Below, one piece after another: positions 29,040 through 37,115 of a stretch of DNA of 64,000 nt; within the stretch, counting starts at the first letter, position 1; every line of letters starts with the position of its first letter. The stretch lies in contig CAXXDV010000001.1 of assembly GCA_963674745.2 (NCBI GenBank), positions 2,080,001 to 2,144,000 on the forward strand. Reading direction: 5' to 3'. The DNA comes from Desulfosudaceae bacterium (lineage in GTDB: Bacteria > Desulfobacterota > Desulfobacteria > Desulfobacterales > Desulfosudaceae). The notes under the pieces were generated by a model. It was given only the letters and a program-made list of their open reading frames with translations. It was not told where the DNA came from and made no database searches. A program made the position numbers and the translations under genes.

Positions 29040-29378
29040 TCATTCGTATTTCTTATATGCACGCCAATGTGTATCACAATTCAAGCATTTGCTATGGAAA
29101 ACGCCTAAATATCTCCAACTAAAACCGAACAATTCTCCACAGACAGGACAAGTACTGTATTTACTTGCAAGGCTGGAAATGAACAGCGCTACAAGATATG
29201 GCAAAAAAAATATAGCCATGATTATTCCAAAGTAGAATCCATTGAAAAGGATATCGCTAAATAATGCCACAATAATAAAATACGGGAATGTGCAACCAGC
29301 AAGAATCCAGTTGGTTTTTCTCGCAAGCCTAATTTTTCGTAGTTCCTTTGCAATTTTTCTATTGTCTTCTTCACCCAT
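29040..29378 (-). CDS. Cassette: 2-TM protein with C-terminal zinc ribbon
   Basis: CPVCG..CLNC. Confidence 0.72.
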   Translation of the reverse strand: MGEEDNRKIAKELRKIRLARKTNWILAGCTFPYFIIVALFSDILFNGFYFGIIMAIFFLPYLVALFISSLASKYSTCPVCGELFGFSWRYLGVFHSKCLNCDTHWRAYKKYE

Positions 29379-29389
29379 TATTCTTTGGC

Positions 29390-29517
29390 ACATAACGTCG
29401 GCCGCCAATGGGAGCCAGGGCTTCCACTTACTTGCCTTAAAGGTTATTAAAGTTCGTTTTTCCCCGAGTTTTCAAAAACCGAATGCCCTGGCTATCCTTT
29501 GCGCGGCCTGGTTAAGT
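29390..29517 (-). other. attC 13 (family A)
   Basis: Family A arms. Confidence 0.9.
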
Positions 29518-29527
29518 GTCTTAAATA

Positions 29528-29848
29528 TTAATACAATTCGAATAAAACCAAACTGACAATAAATACGTGAACTATCCCAACGCCGAATACAGAATAAAGG
29601 CTGATCTTAAAATTATGTTGGCAAAGCATTCCACATAAAAAATAACAAAATGAAGAGACCAACCAAAAGGCCCAGAAAAATATTATATTATACAGGCGAT
29701 CTAAGGTTACGCCACGAGCACCATTTTCATAAAGTCCATAGTGTATGAGAAATTGTATACCTCCGACAATAATGCCTGAAGCCAACAAAAATAAACTGCA
29801 GGTGATTAATGCTCTTTTACAATATAGGGTTATTTTATCTCCAGCCAT
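29528..29848 (-). CDS. Cassette: 3-TM hypothetical protein
   Basis: Hydrophobic ORF filling the cassette. Confidence 0.68.
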   Translation of the reverse strand: MAGDKITLYCKRALITCSLFLLASGIIVGGIQFLIHYGLYENGARGVTLDRLYNIIFFWAFWLVSSFCYFLCGMLCQHNFKISLYSVFGVGIVHVFIVSLVLFELY

Positions 29849-29856
29849 TATTTTAC

Positions 29857-29985
29857 ACTTAACGCTCTGGTTCACCGGGCGGGCGGCGAACCACGAAAAC
29901 CGCCGAAAGGCGAAAAAGGTTGAAAAATAGCACCACTCAAAAGTGCGGCGCTGTAGCCCGATCCGTGTGCAACCAGTTGTTATCT
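29857..29985 (-). other. attC 14 (singleton)
   Basis: CTGGTTCACCGGGCGGGC..GCCCGATCCGTGTGCAACCAG. Confidence 0.85.
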
Positions 29986-30426
29986 TTTAATTTTATATGT
30001 TTGTAAAACATTTTTACATTCTAAAATTAAACCTGACAAATAGCTTTGGTCGATCTCGAATATAAATTCATGGTTTTGCAAAAGATGATCAGGCGTAAGG
30101 CTAACTTTCATTTCCATTTGACCAAGCTTATTTGCTTCTATACTCATGTACAATTCAGGTTCCATACATGAAAGCTCGGCTTTACCTGAAAGAGTTTGAT
30201 AAAGTTTTTCTGTAGATTCAAGCAATTGGTTTATTTCGGACAAATGGAGTATGTTGCCGGACACCCAAACATAAGATTGTTTTGACTCACATTTAGCCGT
30301 AATATTTACCCAATTCCCATCCCAAAAATCTTTTGAATCTGGAAACTGTCGTCTGTGTATCCATATTTCCAATCCAGCTATTTTAATGTCTGGTTTTTCT
30401 AAATCTTTTGGGAAATCTTTCATCAT
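29980..30426 (-). CDS. Cassette: WapI-like immunity-family protein
   Basis: QFPDSKDFWDGNW..EPEL..IDQSYL pattern recalled from WapI-like proteins. Confidence 0.6.
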   Translation of the reverse strand: MMKDFPKDLEKPDIKIAGLEIWIHRRQFPDSKDFWDGNWVNITAKCESKQSYVWVSGNILHLSEINQLLESTEKLYQTLSGKAELSCMEPELYMSIEANKLGQMEMKVSLTPDHLLQNHEFIFEIDQSYLSGLILECKNVLQTYKIKR

Positions 30427-30434
30427 ATTCTTAA

Positions 30435-30558
30435 AGATAACGTCCGCCACCACCGGCGCGCAGGGTTTGCGGACTTCGCTAAAGTAAGTTAAACACCAAA
30501 TTACGCCAAAACAAAGGCCGCCCGCCCCTGCGAGTCCGGGTGAGTGGCGTTGTTATAT
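30435..30558 (-). other. attC 15 (family B)
   Basis: Family B arms. Confidence 0.9.
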
Positions 30559-30843
30559 TCCAGTTTTTATTTTTATGAAAATAATTGCTGCCAGCAGCCC
30601 TATCATAGCACCAAAAATTATCGACAAATACCATTTTGAAATATTCGTGAATTTTATAATTAGTGCCGGAAAGATCGAAATCAGGATTATTTTGAATAGA
30701 CCTGAAATTAAATAAGGCCAATCCATAAAACCGTAATGCTTGAGCATAGTCAAAAAGAAAATGGAAAATAAACAAATTGTGCTTGCAAAATAAGCAAGTA
30801 ATGCTTGTTTTGAATGAGCTAAAAATTTGCTTTGATCATCCAT
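30553..30843 (-). CDS. Cassette: 3-TM hypothetical protein
   Basis: Hydrophobic; stop codon in the R'' box. Confidence 0.7.
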   Translation of the reverse strand: MDDQSKFLAHSKQALLAYFASTICLFSIFFLTMLKHYGFMDWPYLISGLFKIILISIFPALIIKFTNISKWYLSIIFGAMIGLLAAIIFIKIKTGI

Positions 30844-30860
30844 AAATTTTCTCTTGTGGA

Positions 30861-30986
30861 ATATAACGTCCACGGTGTGAGGCCGCAAGGGGAACAGGCC
30901 ACCCGCAGAAAACTCGTTTATAAAAATAATTGGTAAGAGCCAAAACCGACCGCCCCTTGCGGTCCTTTACCAACGTGTTGTTATGC
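30861..30986 (-). other. attC 16 (singleton)
   Basis: CACG..GGCCGCAAGGGG..CCCCTTGCGGTCC..CGTG. Confidence 0.85.
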
Positions 30987-30988
30987 AA

Positions 30989-31279
30989 CTATCTATAATT
31001 TCGAATTTTTTTGCGTTGCGCTGTATATTTCCACCATTCCTTTGGTTCTCCACCATTCATAAAATCCGTTATAGAAAGAAAAACATCAATCACGCAGGGG
31101 TCATGCTTCTGACCAGTAACTCTACATAGATCATCATACATCGTATAAGCAGATTTACCCTTCAATTTTTCGGGCTTGTCTATATTTATTCGTTTTAAAT
31201 CCTTGGCGATAGCTTTTCCTATGTTTGGAAGATCTGTTAACTCGATGACATTGTCGCGTTTTACTTTGTTTGGATTCAT
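30989..31279 (-). CDS. Cassette: helix-hairpin-helix protein (Cdd1/mitomycin-resistance-like family)
   Basis: LTDLPNIGKAIA HhH, HDPCVIDVF, WWKYT. Confidence 0.8.
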   Translation of the reverse strand: MNPNKVKRDNVIELTDLPNIGKAIAKDLKRINIDKPEKLKGKSAYTMYDDLCRVTGQKHDPCVIDVFLSITDFMNGGEPKEWWKYTAQRKKIRNYR

Positions 31280-31289
31280 ATGAAAAGTT

Positions 31290-31413
31290 GCATAACGCCC
31301 GCCACCACCGGCGAGCAGGGTTTGCGGACTTCTCTAAAGTGAGTTCAACTCCAAATTACGCCACAACAAAAGCCGCGCGTCCCTGCGAGTCCGTGTGGGT
31401 GGCGTTGTTATCT
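31290..31413 (-). other. attC 17 (family B)
   Basis: Family B arms. Confidence 0.9.
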
Positions 31414-31653
31414 CTAAATGTTATGCTTTTTTTTAACTTCTGAGATTCTATCCCAAACTGCTTTTGAAACTGAATCTTGGGATACTTGATCGAAAATGTT
31501 ATTTAGTACCCGTTTTTCATCATCATCAATAATATTATCGGCCATTGCTAATCCAAGCAGATAATTGATTTCTCCAATATCCAGCGTACCATCATCAGTG
31601 AAACATTTAATAGAGTCGAGGGCAATTCTTAAATGACTTTCAAGTGGTGACAT
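31414..31653 (-). CDS. Cassette: small acidic protein, TerB-like motifs
   Basis: DDGTLDIGE and ADNIIDDDE repeats; GAAAGG RBS. Confidence 0.65.
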   Translation of the reverse strand: MSPLESHLRIALDSIKCFTDDGTLDIGEINYLLGLAMADNIIDDDEKRVLNNIFDQVSQDSVSKAVWDRISEVKKKHNI

Positions 31654-31713
31654 TTGATTGTACCTTTCTCTCCAAGAGGGTTGTCGGTTAAAGCGCACTT
31701 AATATTATAAGAG

Positions 31714-31839
31714 AGATAACGTCTGCAGCCAAAGTAGCCAGGGCTTCCAGTGACTGACTTTAAGGTGGTTGATGTTCAATTTCCCCCGAATGTTCAAAAA
31801 CCGAATGCCCTGGCTATCATTTGGGCTGCTTGGTTAAGT
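31714..31839 (-). other. attC 18 (family A)
   Basis: Near-identical to attC 20. Confidence 0.9.
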
Positions 31840-32126
31840 GCCCGCATTATTCAGAAAGACTTTAACGACAGCATGGGCAAATAAAATAAAATGATATTTT
31901 TCTTTTTACGCCTTGTCCATCATGAACTTATGAATACGGGTAGGTCTCTTTTCATCCGGACAAATAAAGCCGCATTATCATTTGGCCGCGCCAGTTCGAA
32001 ATTACAATTTACCTTTACTGGCCGAAAAATTCAACTTGGTGACAATTACCATTTTGGCAACGAATGTCGATTTCAGCCAAAATTCTTTTTTTTATTTTTT
32101 TCCCGTACAGAATCAGTGCACTTAAC
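31833..32126 (-). other. ORF-less cassette, family 1, copy 2 (more diverged)
   Basis: Homologous to copies 1 and 3. Confidence 0.85.
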
Positions 32127-32246
32127 GGCGGCAGCCAAAGCAGCCAGGGCTTCCACCGCCTTTATTAAAGTTGTTTGCTATTTAAGTCCCCCGGCTGTTC
32201 AGAAACGCGCCCGCCCTGGCTGTCGTTTTGCGCTGCCTTGTTGGGA
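32120..32246 (-). other. attC 19 (family A)
   Basis: Family A arms. Confidence 0.9.
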
Positions 32247-32719
32247 AATCTCCTTTTTAAACCAATTCGAATGCATACGACCAAGAGGTATGCAACCCCA
32301 AAAACGAATATGAGCCATGCAAACTGGAGCCCGACGATAGTCCACATGCCAACTCCGGGGACGAGTGTCGCATTACTTGCGTTTGTAGGATCGTAGAAGA
32401 CGACAACATATTCGTCAATTTTGTACTTCCGAAAAATATCCTTGGCGTCCATGTCATCGCCAAAAGAACGCACGCTTGACACATAAGAGTGGCCATCGAT
32501 AGTGTAGCGGTAGGTGACGATTGGAGAGTTACTAATCGGCCTTCCTTGTGACGTCCGTTCATAATCAACACGAAGAATGGTTCCCTCAGTCTTAATCCAT
32601 GATTCGCTTGCTTGCGCCTTGTGTAGGTTCTCGTATTCCAGGCACAGCAGAACGCCGCCCAACGCGATAAAGAAAACCGCCAAGGCAACTGCACGCAATG
32701 CTGATGGTTGTTCCTTCAT
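32165..32719 (-). CDS. Cassette: DUF3592-like membrane protein; stop lies inside attC
   Basis: SW..TEGTI, YRYTIDG..Y, VFYDP.N between two TM helices. Confidence 0.78.
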   Translation of the reverse strand: MKEQPSALRAVALAVFFIALGGVLLCLEYENLHKAQASESWIKTEGTILRVDYERTSQGRPISNSPIVTYRYTIDGHSYVSSVRSFGDDMDAKDIFRKYKIDEYVVVFYDPTNASNATLVPGVGMWTIVGLQFAWLIFVFGVAYLLVVCIRIGLKRRFPNKAAQNDSQGGRVSEQPGDLNSKQL

Positions 32720-32723
32720 TCAT

Positions 32724-32849
32724 TCCCAACGTCTGCAGCCAAAGTAGCCAGGGCTTCCAGTGACTGACTTTAAGGTGGTTGATGTTCAATTTCCCCCGAA
32801 TGTTCAAAAGCCGAATGCCCTGGCTATCATTTGGGCTGCTTGGTTAAGT
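32724..32849 (-). other. attC 20 (family A)
   Basis: Near-identical to attC 18. Confidence 0.9.
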
Positions 32850-33134
32850 GCCCGCATAATTCTGAAAGACTTTAACGACAGCATGGGCAAATAAATGAAA
32901 ATGATATTTTTCTTTTTACGCCTTGTCCATCATGAACTTATGAAAACGGGCAGGTCTCTTTTCATCCGGACAAATATAGGCGCAAAATCAAACAGTCCCG
33001 CCAGATCAAAATACAGCTTATCTTTACTGATTAAAAATATCAATCTGGTGACAATTTCCATAGTGGCAACGAAGATCATTTTTCGTCAAAATTCTTTTTT
33101 TTATTTTTTCCCGTACAGATTAAGTGCACTTAAC
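32843..33134 (-). other. ORF-less cassette, family 1, copy 3
   Basis: Homologous to copies 1 and 2. Confidence 0.85.
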
Positions 33135-33251
33135 GTCCGCCACCACCGGCGAGCAGGGTTTGCGGACTTCGCTAAAGTGAGTTCAACTCCAAACTACGCC
33201 AAAACCAAAGCCGGCCGCCCCTGCGAGTCTGCGTGGGTGGTGTTGTTATAT
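33128..33251 (-). other. attC 21 (family B)
   Basis: Family B arms. Confidence 0.9.
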
Positions 33252-33686
33252 TTAAAAAAAATCTAATTGCGATATTACAGCCGCCAAAATAATTGCAATA
33301 ATAATTGCGCCTAATGCAAGTGCCAAAAACTGGAAGGCTATTGCCCCGCCTCCAAGAACTGCGGCCCCTCCGGCAACTCTGAGAGATTCGTTTTTAATAA
33401 AAGCCACAACTGCAATGATAATCGCTATGCCACCCAAGAGCGCTGTGATCACATCAATTATTTTGTCTGCATCCCATTTCGACGACCATTTTTCTTCTTT
33501 CACTTCTTTACCTTTGAGGGCAGCAACTGTCGCATCTCTTATGGCAACTGCTTTTTCAGCAATGGTTTGCTCTAACTTCGGCTGTGGTGCGAAAGGTCCT
33601 GCGTAAAAATGGAATAAAGCCAACAGCAAAGCAATTGACCCGATAATAACACCGATAATTCCGATCTTTGATTTCTCTTCGTCCAT
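33252..33686 (-). CDS. Cassette: inner-membrane protein (YidI-like)
   Basis: GPFAPQP.LEQ.IAEKA followed by hydrophobic helices. Confidence 0.7.
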   Translation of the reverse strand: MDEEKSKIGIIGVIIGSIALLLALFHFYAGPFAPQPKLEQTIAEKAVAIRDATVAALKGKEVKEEKWSSKWDADKIIDVITALLGGIAIIIAVVAFIKNESLRVAGGAAVLGGGAIAFQFLALALGAIIIAIILAAVISQLDFF

Positions 33687-33699
33687 TGTTGTCCCTAAA

Positions 33700-33826
33700 A
33701 TATAACGTCTGAAGCCAATGGCAGCCAGGGCTTCCACTAACTTGGTTAAGGATTTTGGTTGTTCAACTTCCCCGGCTGTTCAAAACCCGGGTGCCCTGGC
33801 TGTCCACTTGAGCTTCGTTGTTATGT
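33700..33826 (-). other. attC 22 (family A)
   Basis: GAAGCCAATGGCAGCCAGGGC..GCCCTGGCTGTCCACTTGAGCTTC. Confidence 0.9.
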
Positions 33827-33831
33827 CAAAA

Positions 33832-34446
33832 TCATTTATTTGTTTTTTCGGTCTCTTCAATATTTTCTGGTTTAACTTTAATATTCATAATTCGGTTCAT
33901 TTCTTTTGCAATTTTCTTGTCTTGACGTTTATGTTTGTTCGCTTTTAATTTGTCGTTAACATAATCGCGAATGACGTCCAAAATTCTCCACGCCTTTGCA
34001 CCGTCTAAGGGTTCGATTGGCATAAGATTAAATAGAATCATCCATAGGTTTGCACCTATGAAAGCATGATAGATTTGGAAAGTATATATATTCGTTGGGG
34101 GGCCGAAAATCATGATCGCAATTTGTGCGAGAGCCATTAAAACCAATTGTGCAAGTATGCCACCCCAAGATATGATGGTTTCTTGCATTTCAGTAGCTTC
34201 GCCGGCCCATCTGCAATACCCGCCAATGCCCTGAAGAACAATTTCTTCAACCCAGAAACCGAATTTTCGTATTATGATTGCATGACCAAATTCATGAGCT
34301 ATAACTAAGAAGAGAAAAGCAATCCAGAAGATTGGCATAAAATCGAGCCTGCCAAATAAAAATGCACATAGGATTACTGTCCAATGTATCCTAATCGGGG
34401 CATCGTTCCATTCGCCAATTATTAAAGAGTCTTTTGTAAGTTCCAT
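33832..34446 (-). CDS. Cassette: site-2 protease (peptidase M50)
   Basis: HEFGH and FNLMPIEPLDG motifs. Confidence 0.88.
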   Translation of the reverse strand: MELTKDSLIIGEWNDAPIRIHWTVILCAFLFGRLDFMPIFWIAFLFLVIAHEFGHAIIIRKFGFWVEEIVLQGIGGYCRWAGEATEMQETIISWGGILAQLVLMALAQIAIMIFGPPTNIYTFQIYHAFIGANLWMILFNLMPIEPLDGAKAWRILDVIRDYVNDKLKANKHKRQDKKIAKEMNRIMNIKVKPENIEETEKTNK

Positions 34447-34459
34447 GTTTTCTGTAGTG

Positions 34460-34584
34460 ACATAACGTCCGCCACCACCGGCGAGCAGGGATTGCGGACT
34501 TCGCTAAAGTGAGTTTTAACTCCGAATTATGCCAAAACCAAGGCCGCGCGCCCCTGCGAGTCCGGGTGAGTGGCATTGTTATCT
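34460..34584 (-). other. attC 23 (family B)
   Basis: Family B arms. Confidence 0.9.
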
Positions 34585-34923
34585 GTTTATTATTTTTCCT
34601 GTTTGCCCATCAATTTTAACGCCAAGGCTCGCCGAGGATGAATTTGACCCCCAAAAAGCATCATGAACATAATAATACCTTGAGTCAGCATAAAGATGCC
34701 AAACATGTTTCATTGAAAGCATCGGAGGTTTTTTGTGTAGTACAATCATATATGCCTCCTCAGGTGTAATTTTAAAACCATTTGGTGGTTCAATATTTTC
34801 AGTTGGAAAGTTTTTCTCAGTCCAAACCGGATAAATATCATCGTAGTAGGAGCAAATGGACGATAAGCACCCAGTTCCAAACAGTAAAACTAATAAAAAA
34901 AATAATATTCTATATTTCTTCAT
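34579..34923 (-). CDS. Cassette: hypothetical lipoprotein
   Basis: MKK, hydrophobic leader, GTGC. Confidence 0.72.
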   Translation of the reverse strand: MKKYRILFFLLVLLFGTGCLSSICSYYDDIYPVWTEKNFPTENIEPPNGFKITPEEAYMIVLHKKPPMLSMKHVWHLYADSRYYYVHDAFWGSNSSSASLGVKIDGQTGKIINR

Positions 34924-34927
34924 ATAC

Positions 34928-35052
34928 AGATAACGGCGGCAGCCAAAGTAGCCAGGGCTTTCTCCGACTGCCTTAAAGATGGTTAATGTTCAATTTTCCC
35001 CGAATTTTCGAACCCGAGTGCCCTGGCTGTCATTTGGGCTGCTTGGTTGTGC
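34928..35052 (-). other. attC 24 (family A)
   Basis: Family A arms. Confidence 0.9.
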
Positions 35053-35326
35053 GAAAATATATTTTATAGTGATTCACAAAAATTTGCAGGGCTTTTCGTT
35101 ACAAAGTTTTGCAAAAAAGTACAGAAACCGTTTTTCATCTTTTCCGGATTGACTGGCGAATTCAAAAAATCCATTTTCCGGCTGATCAGAAACGCATGAT
35201 CTGATCGATGCCGGTGGTTCATTCGCAAAGATGAAAAATATATCTTTTTTCCCCTTTGTTTCAAATTCATCCTGCCAAAAATTATCGAGTAGCTCGATTT
35301 TCCAAAAAGCGTTTTATACGCACAAC
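35046..35326 (-). other. Probable ORF-less cassette, family 2
   Basis: GTTGTGCG..CGCACAAC bounds; only a weak 68-codon ORF. Confidence 0.6.
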
Positions 35327-35447
35327 GCCTTCAGCCAAAGGGCGCCAGGGCTTTCTCTGACTGACTTAAAGATGGATAATGTTCAATTCAGCACGGCTGT
35401 TCAAAATCCTAATGCCCTGGCGATCCTTTTGCGCTGAATTGTTATCC
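35320..35447 (-). other. attC 25 (family A)
   Basis: Family A arms. Confidence 0.9.
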
Positions 35448-35873
35448 CTTCATTTGTTTATATAAATTATTATCCCATGGGTGTCCCCAAGGCCCATCTA
35501 CTTTTATTGCTTTCGAATACCCGTATTTTTGTCCCTTGATGATCATTGAAAAGGGTTCGTCATCAAGAAGTGCTAATGGGGATGCACCATCATTATGCCA
35601 TAGGACTTCTAATTGGCGATTGGCTATGTCAGAGATGACTGCACTTTCATGCGAATATCCAGAAACGAGGGGAGGGGCGCCTTGGCCATTATAAAGTTTT
35701 TTAAATTCTGATAATTCCATTAACTCCTGTAGGCTGCAAATTGGAGATGTTGCAATAACTTGCTTCTCTTGAATGTCATGAAGATACATCCAAACAGTTC
35801 TTTCGTCGCTTTCAATAATACAGTAATAATTACCATCGGGACTGTACGATTCTATGTAAATTTTTTCATTCAT
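35442..35873 (-). CDS. Cassette: hypothetical soluble protein
   Basis: Fills the cassette; stop codon in R''. Confidence 0.75.
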   Translation of the reverse strand: MNEKIYIESYSPDGNYYCIIESDERTVWMYLHDIQEKQVIATSPICSLQELMELSEFKKLYNGQGAPPLVSGYSHESAVISDIANRQLEVLWHNDGASPLALLDDEPFSMIIKGQKYGYSKAIKVDGPWGHPWDNNLYKQMKG

Positions 35874-35880
35874 TGTGTAG

Positions 35881-36008
35881 GGATAACGTCTTCAGCCAGA
35901 GGGCGCCAGGGCTTACTCCGACTGACTTATAGATGGTTTATGTTCAATTCAGCACAGCTGTTCAAAACCCGAGTGCCCTGGCGATCCTACTGGGCTGAAT
36001 TGTTCGAC
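35881..36008 (-). other. attC 26 (family A)
   Basis: Family A arms. Confidence 0.9.
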
Positions 36009-36017
36009 CAGAAAAAT

Positions 36018-36278
36018 TTATTGAATTCGCCGTATTGCAGCATCACGGACTTGCCGAAACAGTAGCTTTGCTCGATCGATAAAAAACAAATATGTTCCTG
36101 CTAACACAATTGCTGTAACGATGGCAGTTCCAATAAATATCCAAATTGGTCCTTTCTCAATCACAAATTGCTCGAATCCCAACGCGGCTAATCCTGCGAG
36201 CCACATAAGAACGAATACGCGCCTCATTAGCCGTGCAAAATCGTCCTCATCATTTATTTTGATTCGTTTCAGTCCCAT
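36018..36278 (-). CDS. Cassette: 2-TM hypothetical protein
   Basis: Two hydrophobic helices. Confidence 0.72.
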   Translation of the reverse strand: MGLKRIKINDEDDFARLMRRVFVLMWLAGLAALGFEQFVIEKGPIWIFIGTAIVTAIVLAGTYLFFIDRAKLLFRQVRDAAIRRIQ

Positions 36279-36293
36279 TGTTTATTCTTGTAG

Positions 36294-36423
36294 GTCGAAC
36301 GTCTTCAGCCAAAGGGCGCCAGGGCTTACTCTGACTGATTTAAAAGTCGATTAATATTCAACTCAGCACGGCTGATCAAAAACCCGAATGCCCTGGCGAT
36401 CCTCTTGCGCTGAATTGTTCTGC
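36294..36423 (-). other. attC 27 (family A, first cassette)
   Basis: R'' GTTCTGC matches GCAGAAC at attI. Confidence 0.9.
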
Positions 36424-36427
36424 GCCC

Positions 36428-36841
36428 TTATTTCCAGAATTGCCACCTCGTTCTGATCATTGCTGAGTGGACTATCTTCTCTGCTTGCATACGTGCCTCA
36501 ACAGAATCCGCTTTATAGCCAATATAGTTTCCTTTGATGCCTACAGCTTTTGGCTCAAGGCTATAAACACCTTTTCGTTCTGTTCGAATAACTTGGCGCA
36601 CATCAGTTGTGATCGTCGTGAGTGATATTATCTGTTCGACCCCAAGATTGGAAAGGGTGTACTTAATCTGTTCGTGGGCCAATTCCTCGGTTTCTGCCAG
36701 GGTCCGGCACCATATTACGAAATTAAGTTCAGCTGTATCTGGTTCGTGATCCTCATCAAAACCAATGGCTAATACAATTCCAGTGTCAGGGAATTCGTCG
36801 CTGATGTCATTAATTATAGCCGTACAATAAAATGGATGCAT
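36428..36841 (-). CDS. First cassette: hypothetical protein
   Basis: Lies between attI and attC 27; ends WQFWK. Confidence 0.75.
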   Translation of the reverse strand: MHPFYCTAIINDISDEFPDTGIVLAIGFDEDHEPDTAELNFVIWCRTLAETEELAHEQIKYTLSNLGVEQIISLTTITTDVRQVIRTERKGVYSLEPKAVGIKGNYIGYKADSVEARMQAEKIVHSAMIRTRWQFWK

Positions 36842-36854
36842 AATGTTACAATTC

Positions 36855-36873
36855 GCAGAACAATGTTATTAGA
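36855..36873 (-). other. attI core site
   Basis: - strand TCTAATA-ACATT-GTTCTGC, same layout as attI1 CCCTAAA-ACAAA-GTT; no hairpin upstream. Confidence 0.8.
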
Positions 36874-36937
36874 TAGAATTTCTCGATTACATCCCCTTTG
36901 GATATAATTAGCTATAATTTTTATTAATTACAAGCGA

Positions 36938-36966
36938 ATTGTATTTAGACCTATTTTCATAGACAA
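36938..36966 (-). promoter_or_regulatory. Candidate Pc cassette promoter
   Basis: TTGTCT-N17-TACAAT pointing into attI. Confidence 0.55.
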
Positions 36967-37115
36967 ATAAATAAAAATCAAATTATTATGTTAGATATTG
37001 CCAAATCATAATAATTTTGCGATTCTTGATTTCGTGCCATATGGGCGTCTTAGTCGGAAATTCTCGATAAAAAATTTTTTACTTATCAATTCATTTTCAG
37101 GTTCAGGGAGGAACT

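Noticed and set aside
26322..33266. + strand ORFs MIFFFLRLVHHELM.. in the repeated cassette as real genes
   Set aside because: The reading frame and stop are not conserved among the three copies.
25285..33737. ORF-track N-termini such as MAEDV, MEALAA and MVADV starting inside attC as a designed translation-start system
   Set aside because: Only about a third of cassettes are in frame with the R' GTT, as expected by chance; these look like TTG/GTG extension artefacts.
19273..36423. Regularly spaced repeats as a CRISPR array
   Set aside because: The repeats are ~125-bp imperfect palindromes with R boxes, separated by gene-sized bodies next to intI; they are attC sites and no cas genes are present.
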